Source: an uncultured Candidatus Micrarchaeota archaeon (GTDB lineage Archaea > Micrarchaeota > Micrarchaeia > Burarchaeales > Fermentimicrarchaeaceae). Taken from it: a stretch of 64,000 bases of DNA. Of the stretch, positions 18,471 through 26,382 are shown piece after piece; position 1 is the stretch's first letter, and each line of letters opens with the position of its first letter. Both the position numbers and the translations under genes were made by a program. Location of the stretch: NCBI GenBank assembly GCA_963760615.1, contig CAVXDX010000008.1:1-64000 (forward strand). The letters are read 5' to 3'. The notes beneath the pieces are model-generated. The model ran no database searches, was not told the DNA's origin, and worked only from the letters and a program-made list of their open reading frames with translations.

Positions 18471-20084
18471 CTAAGGCCTTATGCCGAGCTGCTTGTAGAG
18501 GAGTTCCGTGTCTATGGGTATGTCAAGTCCCAGCACTTTGTGTATGTAAGAGAATATTTCAACTGCTAGGCTGGGTTCTATGCCGCTCATCTTCACTATG
18601 TCCCTCAGGCTGGACTTCTTGTCTATGAACTCATAGAGAAGAATGCCTTCCCTTCCATACCTGTTGTATATTGAGAATCCCTCATCCCCGTACAACTCCC
18701 TTACATTTTCAGGAGTGAGACACTGGACTTTGATGGCACCGTTATCAAGCAGGAAGGAGGTTATATTATCAAACCTTGCCGGGCTCATTCTAAGCTCTTT
18801 CATAATTTTTACATTGACCTTCTTCCCGTTCATGAGCGATAGAACCTTGGAACCTTCATTGCCGTACCTTCTGAGCAACTCGCCCTCAATCCTCAGCTTG
18901 TTGACAAGCTTTAGGGGAAGCGCAGTTGGCACGCACACCTCCGCCCTGCTGAATGGAAGCGGTTTAAGCGCCTTGGGGGCAGGCGTCTCAATAGGCTTGG
19001 GTGGTGCTGGGGTTGTGACAGGCTTTGGTTGAGGTTGCGCCGTGGGGGGTGAAGGCTTTGGCTGCAGGGGGGTTGTGACTGGTGGTGCGTGAAATGGTGC
19101 GACCTGCTTTGGAGGCTGCGCTGCTGGTTTTACCAGCCTTGGCTTTTCTTCAGGAGGTATCTCAGCCGGTATGACAAGAGGTCTCTCAAGCTTTATGATA
19201 CCCTCCTCCTTCATGAATTCGATTATTCCCTTGAGACGCTCCTCGCTCATCCCAGTCTGCTTCATTATCTCCCTGGGAGTTTTGAATTCGTCTATAAGGG
19301 AGTAGGCATAAAGTCCATCATCCCCAAATTTGTTGTAAAGCTTATTCTCCATGGGGGTTTTAGGGGGGCGCGGCTTGGCGTATCCTTTTGGTCTAGGAGC
19401 GGGCGGCTGGGCTGGCTCTTCTTGAGGCTTTCCGCTGGCGACAAGGGCTTTAAGCGCTGAGCTCTTCTCCTCCGCTTCAACAACGCCCTCTGTTTTCAGG
19501 AGAGGGATTGATGGTTGCTCTTCCTTGGGTTTTTCAGGTAGAAGTTCCTGCTTTGGCTTCTCTGGAGGAGGCTCCTCCTTTGGGACTTTCTCCACCTCCA
19601 GACCAACCTCTTCTGTTTTTAGTAGCGGTATTGGCGGAGGCTCTTCCCTTGGCTTCTCAACTTTTTCCTCTTTTGATTCAAACCCTTCTGTTTTTATGAG
19701 CGGGATTGGGGGTGGCTCTTGCTCTGGCTTCTCTGGAGGAGGCTCCTCCTTGGGTTTTTCAAGTGGAAGCTCCTCCTTTGGTTTGGGAAGGGCTTCCTCC
19801 GGTTTTGCAGGCTGAGCCGGCACTTCCTCTACTGGCTTTGGAACAGCCTCTCCAACCGCAACCATGTCGTTTTTCTCCATATGGCTGATTATTTCTATGA
19901 ATGTGCCCTCCTCCATACCGACTTTTTTCATTATGTCCTCTGCGCTTGTCTCACCGTCAACAAGCAGGTACACCCTAATTCCGTCGCTCCCGTACTTATC
20001 CGATAAGTCCTTCTCATGCATGTACCTATCGATTGGCCCCTGCTGCTTCTTTTCCAATACCTTTTTGAGAGAATCTCTATCCAT
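18471..20084 (-). CDS. Multi-winged-helix protein with Pro/Glu/Lys-rich linkers
   Basis: Four related units (KYGSDGIRVYLLVDG, KFGDDGLYAYSLIDE, RYGNEGSKVLSLMNG, RYGREGILLYEFIDK) separated by low-complexity repeats. Confidence 0.8.
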   Translation of the reverse strand: MDRDSLKKVLEKKQQGPIDRYMHEKDLSDKYGSDGIRVYLLVDGETSAEDIMKKVGMEEGTFIEIISHMEKNDMVAVGEAVPKPVEEVPAQPAKPEEALPKPKEELPLEKPKEEPPPEKPEQEPPPIPLIKTEGFESKEEKVEKPREEPPPIPLLKTEEVGLEVEKVPKEEPPPEKPKQELLPEKPKEEQPSIPLLKTEGVVEAEEKSSALKALVASGKPQEEPAQPPAPRPKGYAKPRPPKTPMENKLYNKFGDDGLYAYSLIDEFKTPREIMKQTGMSEERLKGIIEFMKEEGIIKLERPLVIPAEIPPEEKPRLVKPAAQPPKQVAPFHAPPVTTPLQPKPSPPTAQPQPKPVTTPAPPKPIETPAPKALKPLPFSRAEVCVPTALPLKLVNKLRIEGELLRRYGNEGSKVLSLMNGKKVNVKIMKELRMSPARFDNITSFLLDNGAIKVQCLTPENVRELYGDEGFSIYNRYGREGILLYEFIDKKSSLRDIVKMSGIEPSLAVEIFSYIHKVLGLDIPIDTELLYKQLGIRP

Positions 20085-20107
20085 CTTAAACCCTTCTAGA
20101 TAGCAAA

Positions 20108-20386
20108 TTAGCGTTTTTTGGACACACTGCTGACCTCTATCTCAAAAATTGTTTTAAGCTGGATTGCCTTTGACTTTTCCATGAAGTTCAGTATTTCCAA
20201 AAACTTCCCTTCAGTAAGGTCTGTTTCAGTTTGTATCTCCTCTGCATTCTTCTTTGAGTCTATGGACAGATAGACCCTTATGGCGTCGTCCTTGAATTTT
20301 TCGTACAGCATCTTCTCAATTCTGAATCTTTCGACTACTCCCAGCTCCTCTCTTACCGGTATAATTCCCAATAGTTCTTCCCCCAT
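20108..20386 (-). CDS. Single winged-helix-unit paralogue of the downstream multi-domain protein
   Basis: KFKDDAIRVYLSIDSKKNAEEI...FLEILNFMEK aligns with unit 1 of 18471..20084. SD AGGTG precedes ATG 20386. Confidence 0.75.
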   Translation of the reverse strand: MGEELLGIIPVREELGVVERFRIEKMLYEKFKDDAIRVYLSIDSKKNAEEIQTETDLTEGKFLEILNFMEKSKAIQLKTIFEIEVSSVSKKR

Positions 20387-20456
20387 CTCTCCCACCTATT
20401 CCCTAACAGGTATTATACCTAAACCTTTATTAATAATTAGCAGCGAAAACCCATAC

Positions 20457-21059
20457 ATGGCTCTTGATGACTCACTCATAAGCACCGGTGTTGACAGGCT
20501 CATGAAGCTGGTGCGCGACAGAGGGAGAATTGAGCTCAGGGATGCTGCAGTTGAACTGGGCATATCCCAAGGTGTTTTAGAGGAGTGGTCGAGGGTGCTG
20601 GAAAAGGAAGGCGTGATTAGGATAGAGTACCTATTTACCAAGGTTTATCTCACAACTCCGAGCGCAGAAAAAGATGAGAAGCAGAAGAGGGCTAAGGAAA
20701 TAGCTGACATGCAGGTGACTGTGTCAAGGGAGGTTGAAACGCAGGCGAAGAGGCTTGAGAGGGTTGGGAAGGAGCTGGATGACATGCGGGATGAGTTCTT
20801 GGGGGTATCCAAGCTTTTTGAGGATAAACTAGCAGCAGTAAGGCAGAGGGTGAGGGAGCTGGATGCTCTTGAGAAGCAGTATGATGAGATGTGTTTCAGA
20901 TGCAGGAGCAGCAATGAGAGGTTTGTCTCAGAAACTGAGAGTCTTAAAAAAGTAGTTGAGGAGAGCGAAAAGAAGCTCGAGAGACTGCAGAAGATTGGTG
21001 ATGAGCTGCAGAACAGCATAAAGGTATGCTCCGAGATTCCTAAGAGTGGGAAGAGATGA
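20457..21059 (+). CDS. N-terminal winged-HTH plus coiled-coil protein
   Basis: ISTGVDRLMKLV...DAAVELGISQGVLEEWSRVLEKEGVIRIEY, followed by long heptad repeats. Confidence 0.78.
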   Translation: MALDDSLISTGVDRLMKLVRDRGRIELRDAAVELGISQGVLEEWSRVLEKEGVIRIEYLFTKVYLTTPSAEKDEKQKRAKEIADMQVTVSREVETQAKRLERVGKELDDMRDEFLGVSKLFEDKLAAVRQRVRELDALEKQYDEMCFRCRSSNERFVSETESLKKVVEESEKKLERLQKIGDELQNSIKVCSEIPKSGKR

Positions 21060-22123
21060 CCAAAAAGAAGTTAAGCAAGACGGTGGAGTCCGCCCAGAAA
21101 AACACGGGCAAGAAACAGGAGATTAAACAAAAAACGCCAAGCAAGATGGAGGAGTTTCCCAAGAAGGAAGCTGCTGAGAAAGGTCTTATTCAAAAAATAT
21201 TCGGCAGGAAAGAGGCTGAGAAGGCTCCTGTTGAGGAAGTTGTTGAGAAGAAGGAAGCTGAGAAGGCTGCAGAGCCTAAGGTCGTCGTTGAGGAAGAGAT
21301 TATAGAGAAGAGCTTTGTGAATAGGGAGGAGATTCCAGAGAAGGCTCCAAGCAGAAAAGAGGGTCTTATTCAAAAAATATTCGGCAGGAAAGAGGCTGAG
21401 AAGGCTCCAGTTAAAAAAGAGGAGAAGAAGAAAGTCATTGAGGAGGTTCAGAAGGCTCCTGTTGAGGAAGTTGTTGAGAAGAAGGAAGCTGAGAAGGCTG
21501 CAGAGCCAAAAGTTACAAGTGAAGAGGTCAGCCAGAAGGAGACGATTGAAAAGGTGGAGGCAACCGGCCAGGAGGAAGCCGCTAGGGTTGAGATAAAGGA
21601 GGGGTTTGCAGGTGAGCCTAGGAAGGAGATTAGCGAAGCTGAATTAAAGAAGAAATGCTCAGAAGTTGATAGGCTGTGGGGGGATTTCACGCATTCAGCT
21701 GGGGTGGGCTGGAAAGAGGTGGATAAGATAAAGAAGGAGGCCCATACGAAGGATGCAGCGAGTTCCGAGCAGAGGGAGAGAGAGCTCTTTGAAAAATTTG
21801 AAAGCAAAAGGAATGAGGTGAGGGCGGAGTTGGATGAGTTGCACAGGATTCTGGGGAGGTACGAGGAAAGGGTCAGGTACAAGGATGAGGCAGATGGTGA
21901 GCTTCAGGCTCTTGAAGAAGTGAAAGTGATGCTTGGAGAGAAACTGAGGAACATTGCAAGAAGAGCTGCGAGATTAAAGGTCCGACCAAATTCTGATTTG
22001 ACAAAGCTTTATGCCGAGGCCAGAGAGTGCGAGGAGGAGGCAAAGAGAAGCGAGGAGGACATACTAGATTTTGAGAGGGAATACACCAAATTCCTAAGCA
22101 TGATGGGAAAAATGAGTGGATAA
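21056..22123 (+). CDS. Low-complexity E/K/A/P-rich protein with duplicated GLIQKIFGRK helices and a C-terminal coiled coil
   Basis: Exact internal DNA duplications; overlaps the previous gene (ATGA). Confidence 0.75.
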   Translation: MTKKKLSKTVESAQKNTGKKQEIKQKTPSKMEEFPKKEAAEKGLIQKIFGRKEAEKAPVEEVVEKKEAEKAAEPKVVVEEEIIEKSFVNREEIPEKAPSRKEGLIQKIFGRKEAEKAPVKKEEKKKVIEEVQKAPVEEVVEKKEAEKAAEPKVTSEEVSQKETIEKVEATGQEEAARVEIKEGFAGEPRKEISEAELKKKCSEVDRLWGDFTHSAGVGWKEVDKIKKEAHTKDAASSEQRERELFEKFESKRNEVRAELDELHRILGRYEERVRYKDEADGELQALEEVKVMLGEKLRNIARRAARLKVRPNSDLTKLYAEARECEEEAKRSEEDILDFEREYTKFLSMMGKMSG

Positions 22124-22162
22124 GTTTATATTCACCACCAAAGATTATTATGTGGTGATTGG

Positions 22163-23680
22163 TTGAGCGACCAGGAAGCCAGAGAGGGGACGCTTGATGA
22201 GTATAGCTTTTTGGCAGGGGATATACCGGTCACTGTTAGGATAAGCCAGAGCAGGAAGGATTTTGTCCCGGTTTATGACATTGGTGTTAGAGGCCTAGGT
22301 GAGGGGACAAAGATAGTACTCAACACCCTGAGGGGGGAGCTCATCACTGATGTGAAACTGGATGCAGATGAGCTCATGAACCCGAAGCTCATAGAGCAGG
22401 TGAGGAAGAAGTTCGAAGAGAAAGCCATGAAGCTTCTCGACAAGCATTTCCTCACACTTTCGGAGGATGCGAAGACGCTGCTTGCCGCCTACCTTGTCCA
22501 GAATATGCTCGGCCTTGGAGATCTGGAGGCGCCGATTCATGATGAGAACCTTGAGGAGGTGGTTGTCAACGGGGCGGCTGAGCCGGTGTGGGTGTTCCAC
22601 AAGAAGCACGGGTGGTGCAAGACGAACCTTATCCTCAAGGATGAGGAAACAATATATGAGTATGCAGCTGGAATAGGCAGGAGGATAGGCAAGCAGATAA
22701 CAGTACTCAACCCCCTTATGGATGCAACTCTCTTGGATGGGTCGAGGGTCAACGCAACACTCCACCCCATATCCGTGTGCGGGAACACCATAACAATAAG
22801 AAAGTTCTCAAAGAACCCCTGGACCATCACAGCTGTCCTTGAGAGGAATACTATAAGCCCCGAGGCGGCTTCTCTCATATGGCTGTGCATGCAGAATGAG
22901 TTGTCACTGCTTATCTCTGGAGGAACAGCTTCTGGAAAGACGTCTTTCCTCAACTCCATCTCCTGCTTCATCCCGCCAAACCACAGAATAATAACCATAG
23001 AGGATACATCGGAGCTGACATTACCAAAGCATATGCAGTGGGTGCCCATGCTCACAAGGCAGCCCAACCCTGAGGGAAAGGGAGAGGTGACAATGCTGGA
23101 TTTGCTGGTCAATGCACTGAGGCAGAGGCCCGACAGGCTAATTGTGGGAGAGATAAGGAGGCAGAAGGAAGCTGAAGTGCTGTTTGAGGCGATGCACACG
23201 GGCCATTCTGTTTACGCTACATTGCATGCAGACAATGCTGGGGATACTGTGACAAGGCTAACAAACCCGCCAATCAACATCCCCAAGAGCATGCTGGATG
23301 CGCTTGCAGGGATTGTTGTTCAGTTCAGGCACAGGAGGCTCGGCATAAGGAGGATGCTGGAGTTCGCCGAGATACTGAAGGGGGGGGACATCAACGTCAT
23401 AGAGAGATGGGATTTGAAGACGGATTCAATAAAGGAGATAAACGAGCTGAGCGTGCTTGCGGATACGCTCTCACTATACGCAGGAATGACGAGGAAGGAG
23501 ATAGTTGATGATATTGCAGAGAAGACAAGAGTATTAAGATGGATGCTGAAAAACCATATAAAAGACGTTGATAATGTTGGTCTTGTGGTATCGCGGTACT
23601 ACAGAAGTTCCAGTGAGATGATGGAGATAGTGGACAAGGATGAGCCCTGGAGCGAGGAGCTCGGTCTGTATGGCAAATGA
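22163..23680 (+). CDS. Type II/IV secretion ATPase (CpaF/TadA/VirB11 family)
   Basis: Walker A GGTASGKTS, TIEDT.EL, LRQRPDRLIVGEIR, TGHSVYATLHA. Confidence 0.95.
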   Translation: MSDQEAREGTLDEYSFLAGDIPVTVRISQSRKDFVPVYDIGVRGLGEGTKIVLNTLRGELITDVKLDADELMNPKLIEQVRKKFEEKAMKLLDKHFLTLSEDAKTLLAAYLVQNMLGLGDLEAPIHDENLEEVVVNGAAEPVWVFHKKHGWCKTNLILKDEETIYEYAAGIGRRIGKQITVLNPLMDATLLDGSRVNATLHPISVCGNTITIRKFSKNPWTITAVLERNTISPEAASLIWLCMQNELSLLISGGTASGKTSFLNSISCFIPPNHRIITIEDTSELTLPKHMQWVPMLTRQPNPEGKGEVTMLDLLVNALRQRPDRLIVGEIRRQKEAEVLFEAMHTGHSVYATLHADNAGDTVTRLTNPPINIPKSMLDALAGIVVQFRHRRLGIRRMLEFAEILKGGDINVIERWDLKTDSIKEINELSVLADTLSLYAGMTRKEIVDDIAEKTRVLRWMLKNHIKDVDNVGLVVSRYYRSSSEMMEIVDKDEPWSEELGLYGK

Positions 23681-24344
23681 TGTGGATAAGAAGGCAGAGG
23701 TGGATGCGGCCTTCCTGAATGCCTCCAACGAGGCCAAGAGACTTGAGAAGGAGGCGATACCTACTGGAGCAAAGGCCTTCCCCAGCGGTGCTATTTTTGA
23801 GCAGTTTGATGTTGAAAAAATTTCAATAGATTCCTACGAAGCTGCCCTGAAGGACGCACAGGGGATAGAGAGGGAGGGCATAAAGACTCCCAAGAGACCT
23901 GAGGAAAGGGCTGGGAGAGCGGTGGGGCAGAAGGTTACCAGCGAGGAAGAGCCGGAGCATATACCGAGGGAGAAGGTTGAAGTTTTGGCAAGGAGCGAGC
24001 AGGAGATACTGGAGGAGGAGAGGAAGCTGGAAAGCATGAAGGAGAAGTTCGCCAAACTCATGTCGGAAGCACCGCAAGAAAAACCCATCCCAGAGGCACC
24101 AAAAGAGGATAAAGCCCCCAAAGCGCCAGTGGAGAAACCAGCCATGCCGGAGCCTGAAAGACCAGAGGCAGTGGTGGAGACTGCAAGGGCAGAAGAGAAG
24201 CAGCTTGATGCTACCAAAGTCGAGGAGATAAAGGAACTCAGTGAGAACTTCAAGAGGATAACGATGAAGAAAGAGGAGAGGGAGAAGCAGGAGAGGATAA
24301 GGAAGATGAAAAAGGAGATAGAGGATATGCTTGAGAGCGGGTGA
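23670..24344 (+). CDS. Hypothetical acidic coiled-coil/disordered protein
   Basis: Overlaps the ATPase stop and the TadC start; E/K-rich. Confidence 0.7.
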   Translation: MANDVDKKAEVDAAFLNASNEAKRLEKEAIPTGAKAFPSGAIFEQFDVEKISIDSYEAALKDAQGIEREGIKTPKRPEERAGRAVGQKVTSEEEPEHIPREKVEVLARSEQEILEEERKLESMKEKFAKLMSEAPQEKPIPEAPKEDKAPKAPVEKPAMPEPERPEAVVETARAEEKQLDATKVEEIKELSENFKRITMKKEEREKQERIRKMKKEIEDMLESG

Positions 24345-24351
24345 GTTGGAG

Positions 24352-25305
24352 ATGGGAGAGGAGGATAAAAAAATAGTTGAAGTGGAGAAGAAGGAGGAAG
24401 TGAAGCAGGCTCTAGAGAAGATAACCACTCAGAAAAAGGAGCCTCAACCGCTGGTTATCGGAATTGGGGGGAGAAGAGCCAGCGTTGGGTGGGACAAGAG
24501 AATCATTGGCGTGGTGGTCAAGCAGTTCCCGGATTTGTCAAGGAAGCTTGAGATGGCTGATATGGATATAGACCCTAGGGACTTTGCCGCCAGAACCCTT
24601 GTTAACGCCCTTGTAATGATGATAATGTTCACCATAGTGCTCGCAATGCTTGCATCCATTTTCTCATTCCCCCTCCTGTTGGTTGCTCTCATATCTCCTG
24701 TGCTGTTCTTCGTTTTCTTCATTATGGGAATGGGGGCTGTGGATGTTAAGATAGGGCAGAAAGCGAGGGAGGTTGACAGGGATTCCCTATTCGCAGGCAG
24801 GGATATGCTGATAGCTCTGAAGTCAGGGGCTCCTCTCTTCAATGCGCTTGTGGGAGTCAGGAAAGACTATGGAGCGACGAGCAAGGAGTTCCAGAAAATA
24901 GTTGAGAAGATAGACAGCGGCATTCCTGCAGAAATCGCACTGCAGCAGGCCTATGAGGCGAACAAGGCGCCTTCGTTCAGGAGGATAGTACTGCAGATAC
25001 TCATGTCAATGAGGTCAGGCTCGGATGTGGGGAATGGGCTTGAGACCACGCTGAACCAGATTTCAGCTGAGCAGGTCATAGAGATAAAGAGGTACGGGCA
25101 GAAGCTCAACCCCATTGCCATGTTCTACATGCTGTTCGCGATAATCCTGCCTTCTCTCGGGGTTGCCATAGGGGTCATACTGAGCTCGTTCGTAAGCATT
25201 GATATTGACTTCGGAACTCTCACAATTGTGCTGGTGTTCCTTGCACTGGCGCAGTACACCTTCCTTACAATAGTCAGGTCGTCAAGACCGAACTTTGATA
25301 TATGA
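24352..25305 (+). CDS. TadC/GspF-family membrane platform protein
   Basis: LIALKSGAPLFNAL...GIPAEIAL...SFRRIVLQI...GSDVGNGL; TM segments. Confidence 0.88.
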   Translation: MGEEDKKIVEVEKKEEVKQALEKITTQKKEPQPLVIGIGGRRASVGWDKRIIGVVVKQFPDLSRKLEMADMDIDPRDFAARTLVNALVMMIMFTIVLAMLASIFSFPLLLVALISPVLFFVFFIMGMGAVDVKIGQKAREVDRDSLFAGRDMLIALKSGAPLFNALVGVRKDYGATSKEFQKIVEKIDSGIPAEIALQQAYEANKAPSFRRIVLQILMSMRSGSDVGNGLETTLNQISAEQVIEIKRYGQKLNPIAMFYMLFAIILPSLGVAIGVILSSFVSIDIDFGTLTIVLVFLALAQYTFLTIVRSSRPNFDI

Positions 25306-25315
25306 GGTAAGCAGC

Positions 25316-26323
25316 ATGGCTGAAGAAGTATACGGTGTGGTTGGAAGACTGCTGAAGAGGGAGTGGATACTGAGAGTAGAGGACACCCTAGCGATGGCTG
25401 GAGTTGACATATCGCCTGAAACATTCATGGGTATGGTCCTGCTCATTGTGTTCGGCCTCCCCATCCCCATCTTCATTTTTATGGTGAGGGCTTTCCCGGA
25501 TATTGCACTGATAGTGTCAGCAGGAGTCATGATAGCCGCTGCCGTTATGGTTTATGTATGGCTTAGGATGAGGATAGACAACAGGAAGAAGCAGATAGAA
25601 GAGGTGCTGCCGGACTTTCTTCAGATATGCGCAGCAAATGTGAGAGCAGGCATGTCAATTGAGAGGGCTCTCTGGTTTGCCGCAAGGCCTGAGTTCGGCC
25701 TGCTCTCAGAGGAGATTGCAAACACCACAAGGAGGACATTCGGAGGGGAGCCGTTCACCCAGGCCCTGAGAAAGCTCGCCAAGAAGTTCAACTCAAGGCA
25801 GCTCAACAGGACTATCAACCTGATTATTGAGGAGAGCTCAAGCGGAGGCGAGATTGCAACGCTCCTTGACAAGTGCTCCTGGGACGCGAGGCAGGTGCAG
25901 ATACTGCACAAGGAGATATCCGAGATGATGCTCATGTATGTCATATTCATCGTTTTTGCATCCTGCATTGGAGCGCCCCTGCTCTACGGGCTTTCCTACC
26001 AGCTCATAAGCTCAACGAATAAGATATGGAGTGACATCACCAAGCAGAACCCTCAGGGGTTCCCAAAGATGGGGATGATGTCGTCACTGCTCCAGCCGAG
26101 ACCGCCAAAGATATCAACTGGGGACTTCTATGAGTTTGCCATCATAGCAACCATACTGGTAACTTTCTCGGCATCGATGATAATTGCAGTAATCAACACC
26201 GGCTCTTGGATAAACGGATTCAAGTACGCTCCATTTTTCGTGGGGCTTGGGCTGGTGGTGTTTTTCGCGATAACCCTGGTGTTCAGTCTCCTGTTTGCAT
26301 CCATCTTCGCTAGCACTGGTTAG
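25316..26323 (+). CDS. Second TadC/GspF-family membrane platform protein
   Basis: IEEVLPDFLQICAANVRAGMSIERAL...EFGLLSEEI...SGGEIATLL. Confidence 0.9.
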   Translation: MAEEVYGVVGRLLKREWILRVEDTLAMAGVDISPETFMGMVLLIVFGLPIPIFIFMVRAFPDIALIVSAGVMIAAAVMVYVWLRMRIDNRKKQIEEVLPDFLQICAANVRAGMSIERALWFAARPEFGLLSEEIANTTRRTFGGEPFTQALRKLAKKFNSRQLNRTINLIIEESSSGGEIATLLDKCSWDARQVQILHKEISEMMLMYVIFIVFASCIGAPLLYGLSYQLISSTNKIWSDITKQNPQGFPKMGMMSSLLQPRPPKISTGDFYEFAIIATILVTFSASMIIAVINTGSWINGFKYAPFFVGLGLVVFFAITLVFSLLFASIFASTG

Positions 26324-26382
26324 TATATCATGCAGCAAGTCTCACAGCTTTTCTTATCATCTTGCTGCTGGTCTGCCCACTG

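Noticed and set aside
20280-20456. N-terminal extension of the wHTH-coiled-coil gene
   Set aside because: It is antisense to the minus-strand wHTH gene. A TATA-like element ~27 nt upstream favours a start at ATG 20457.
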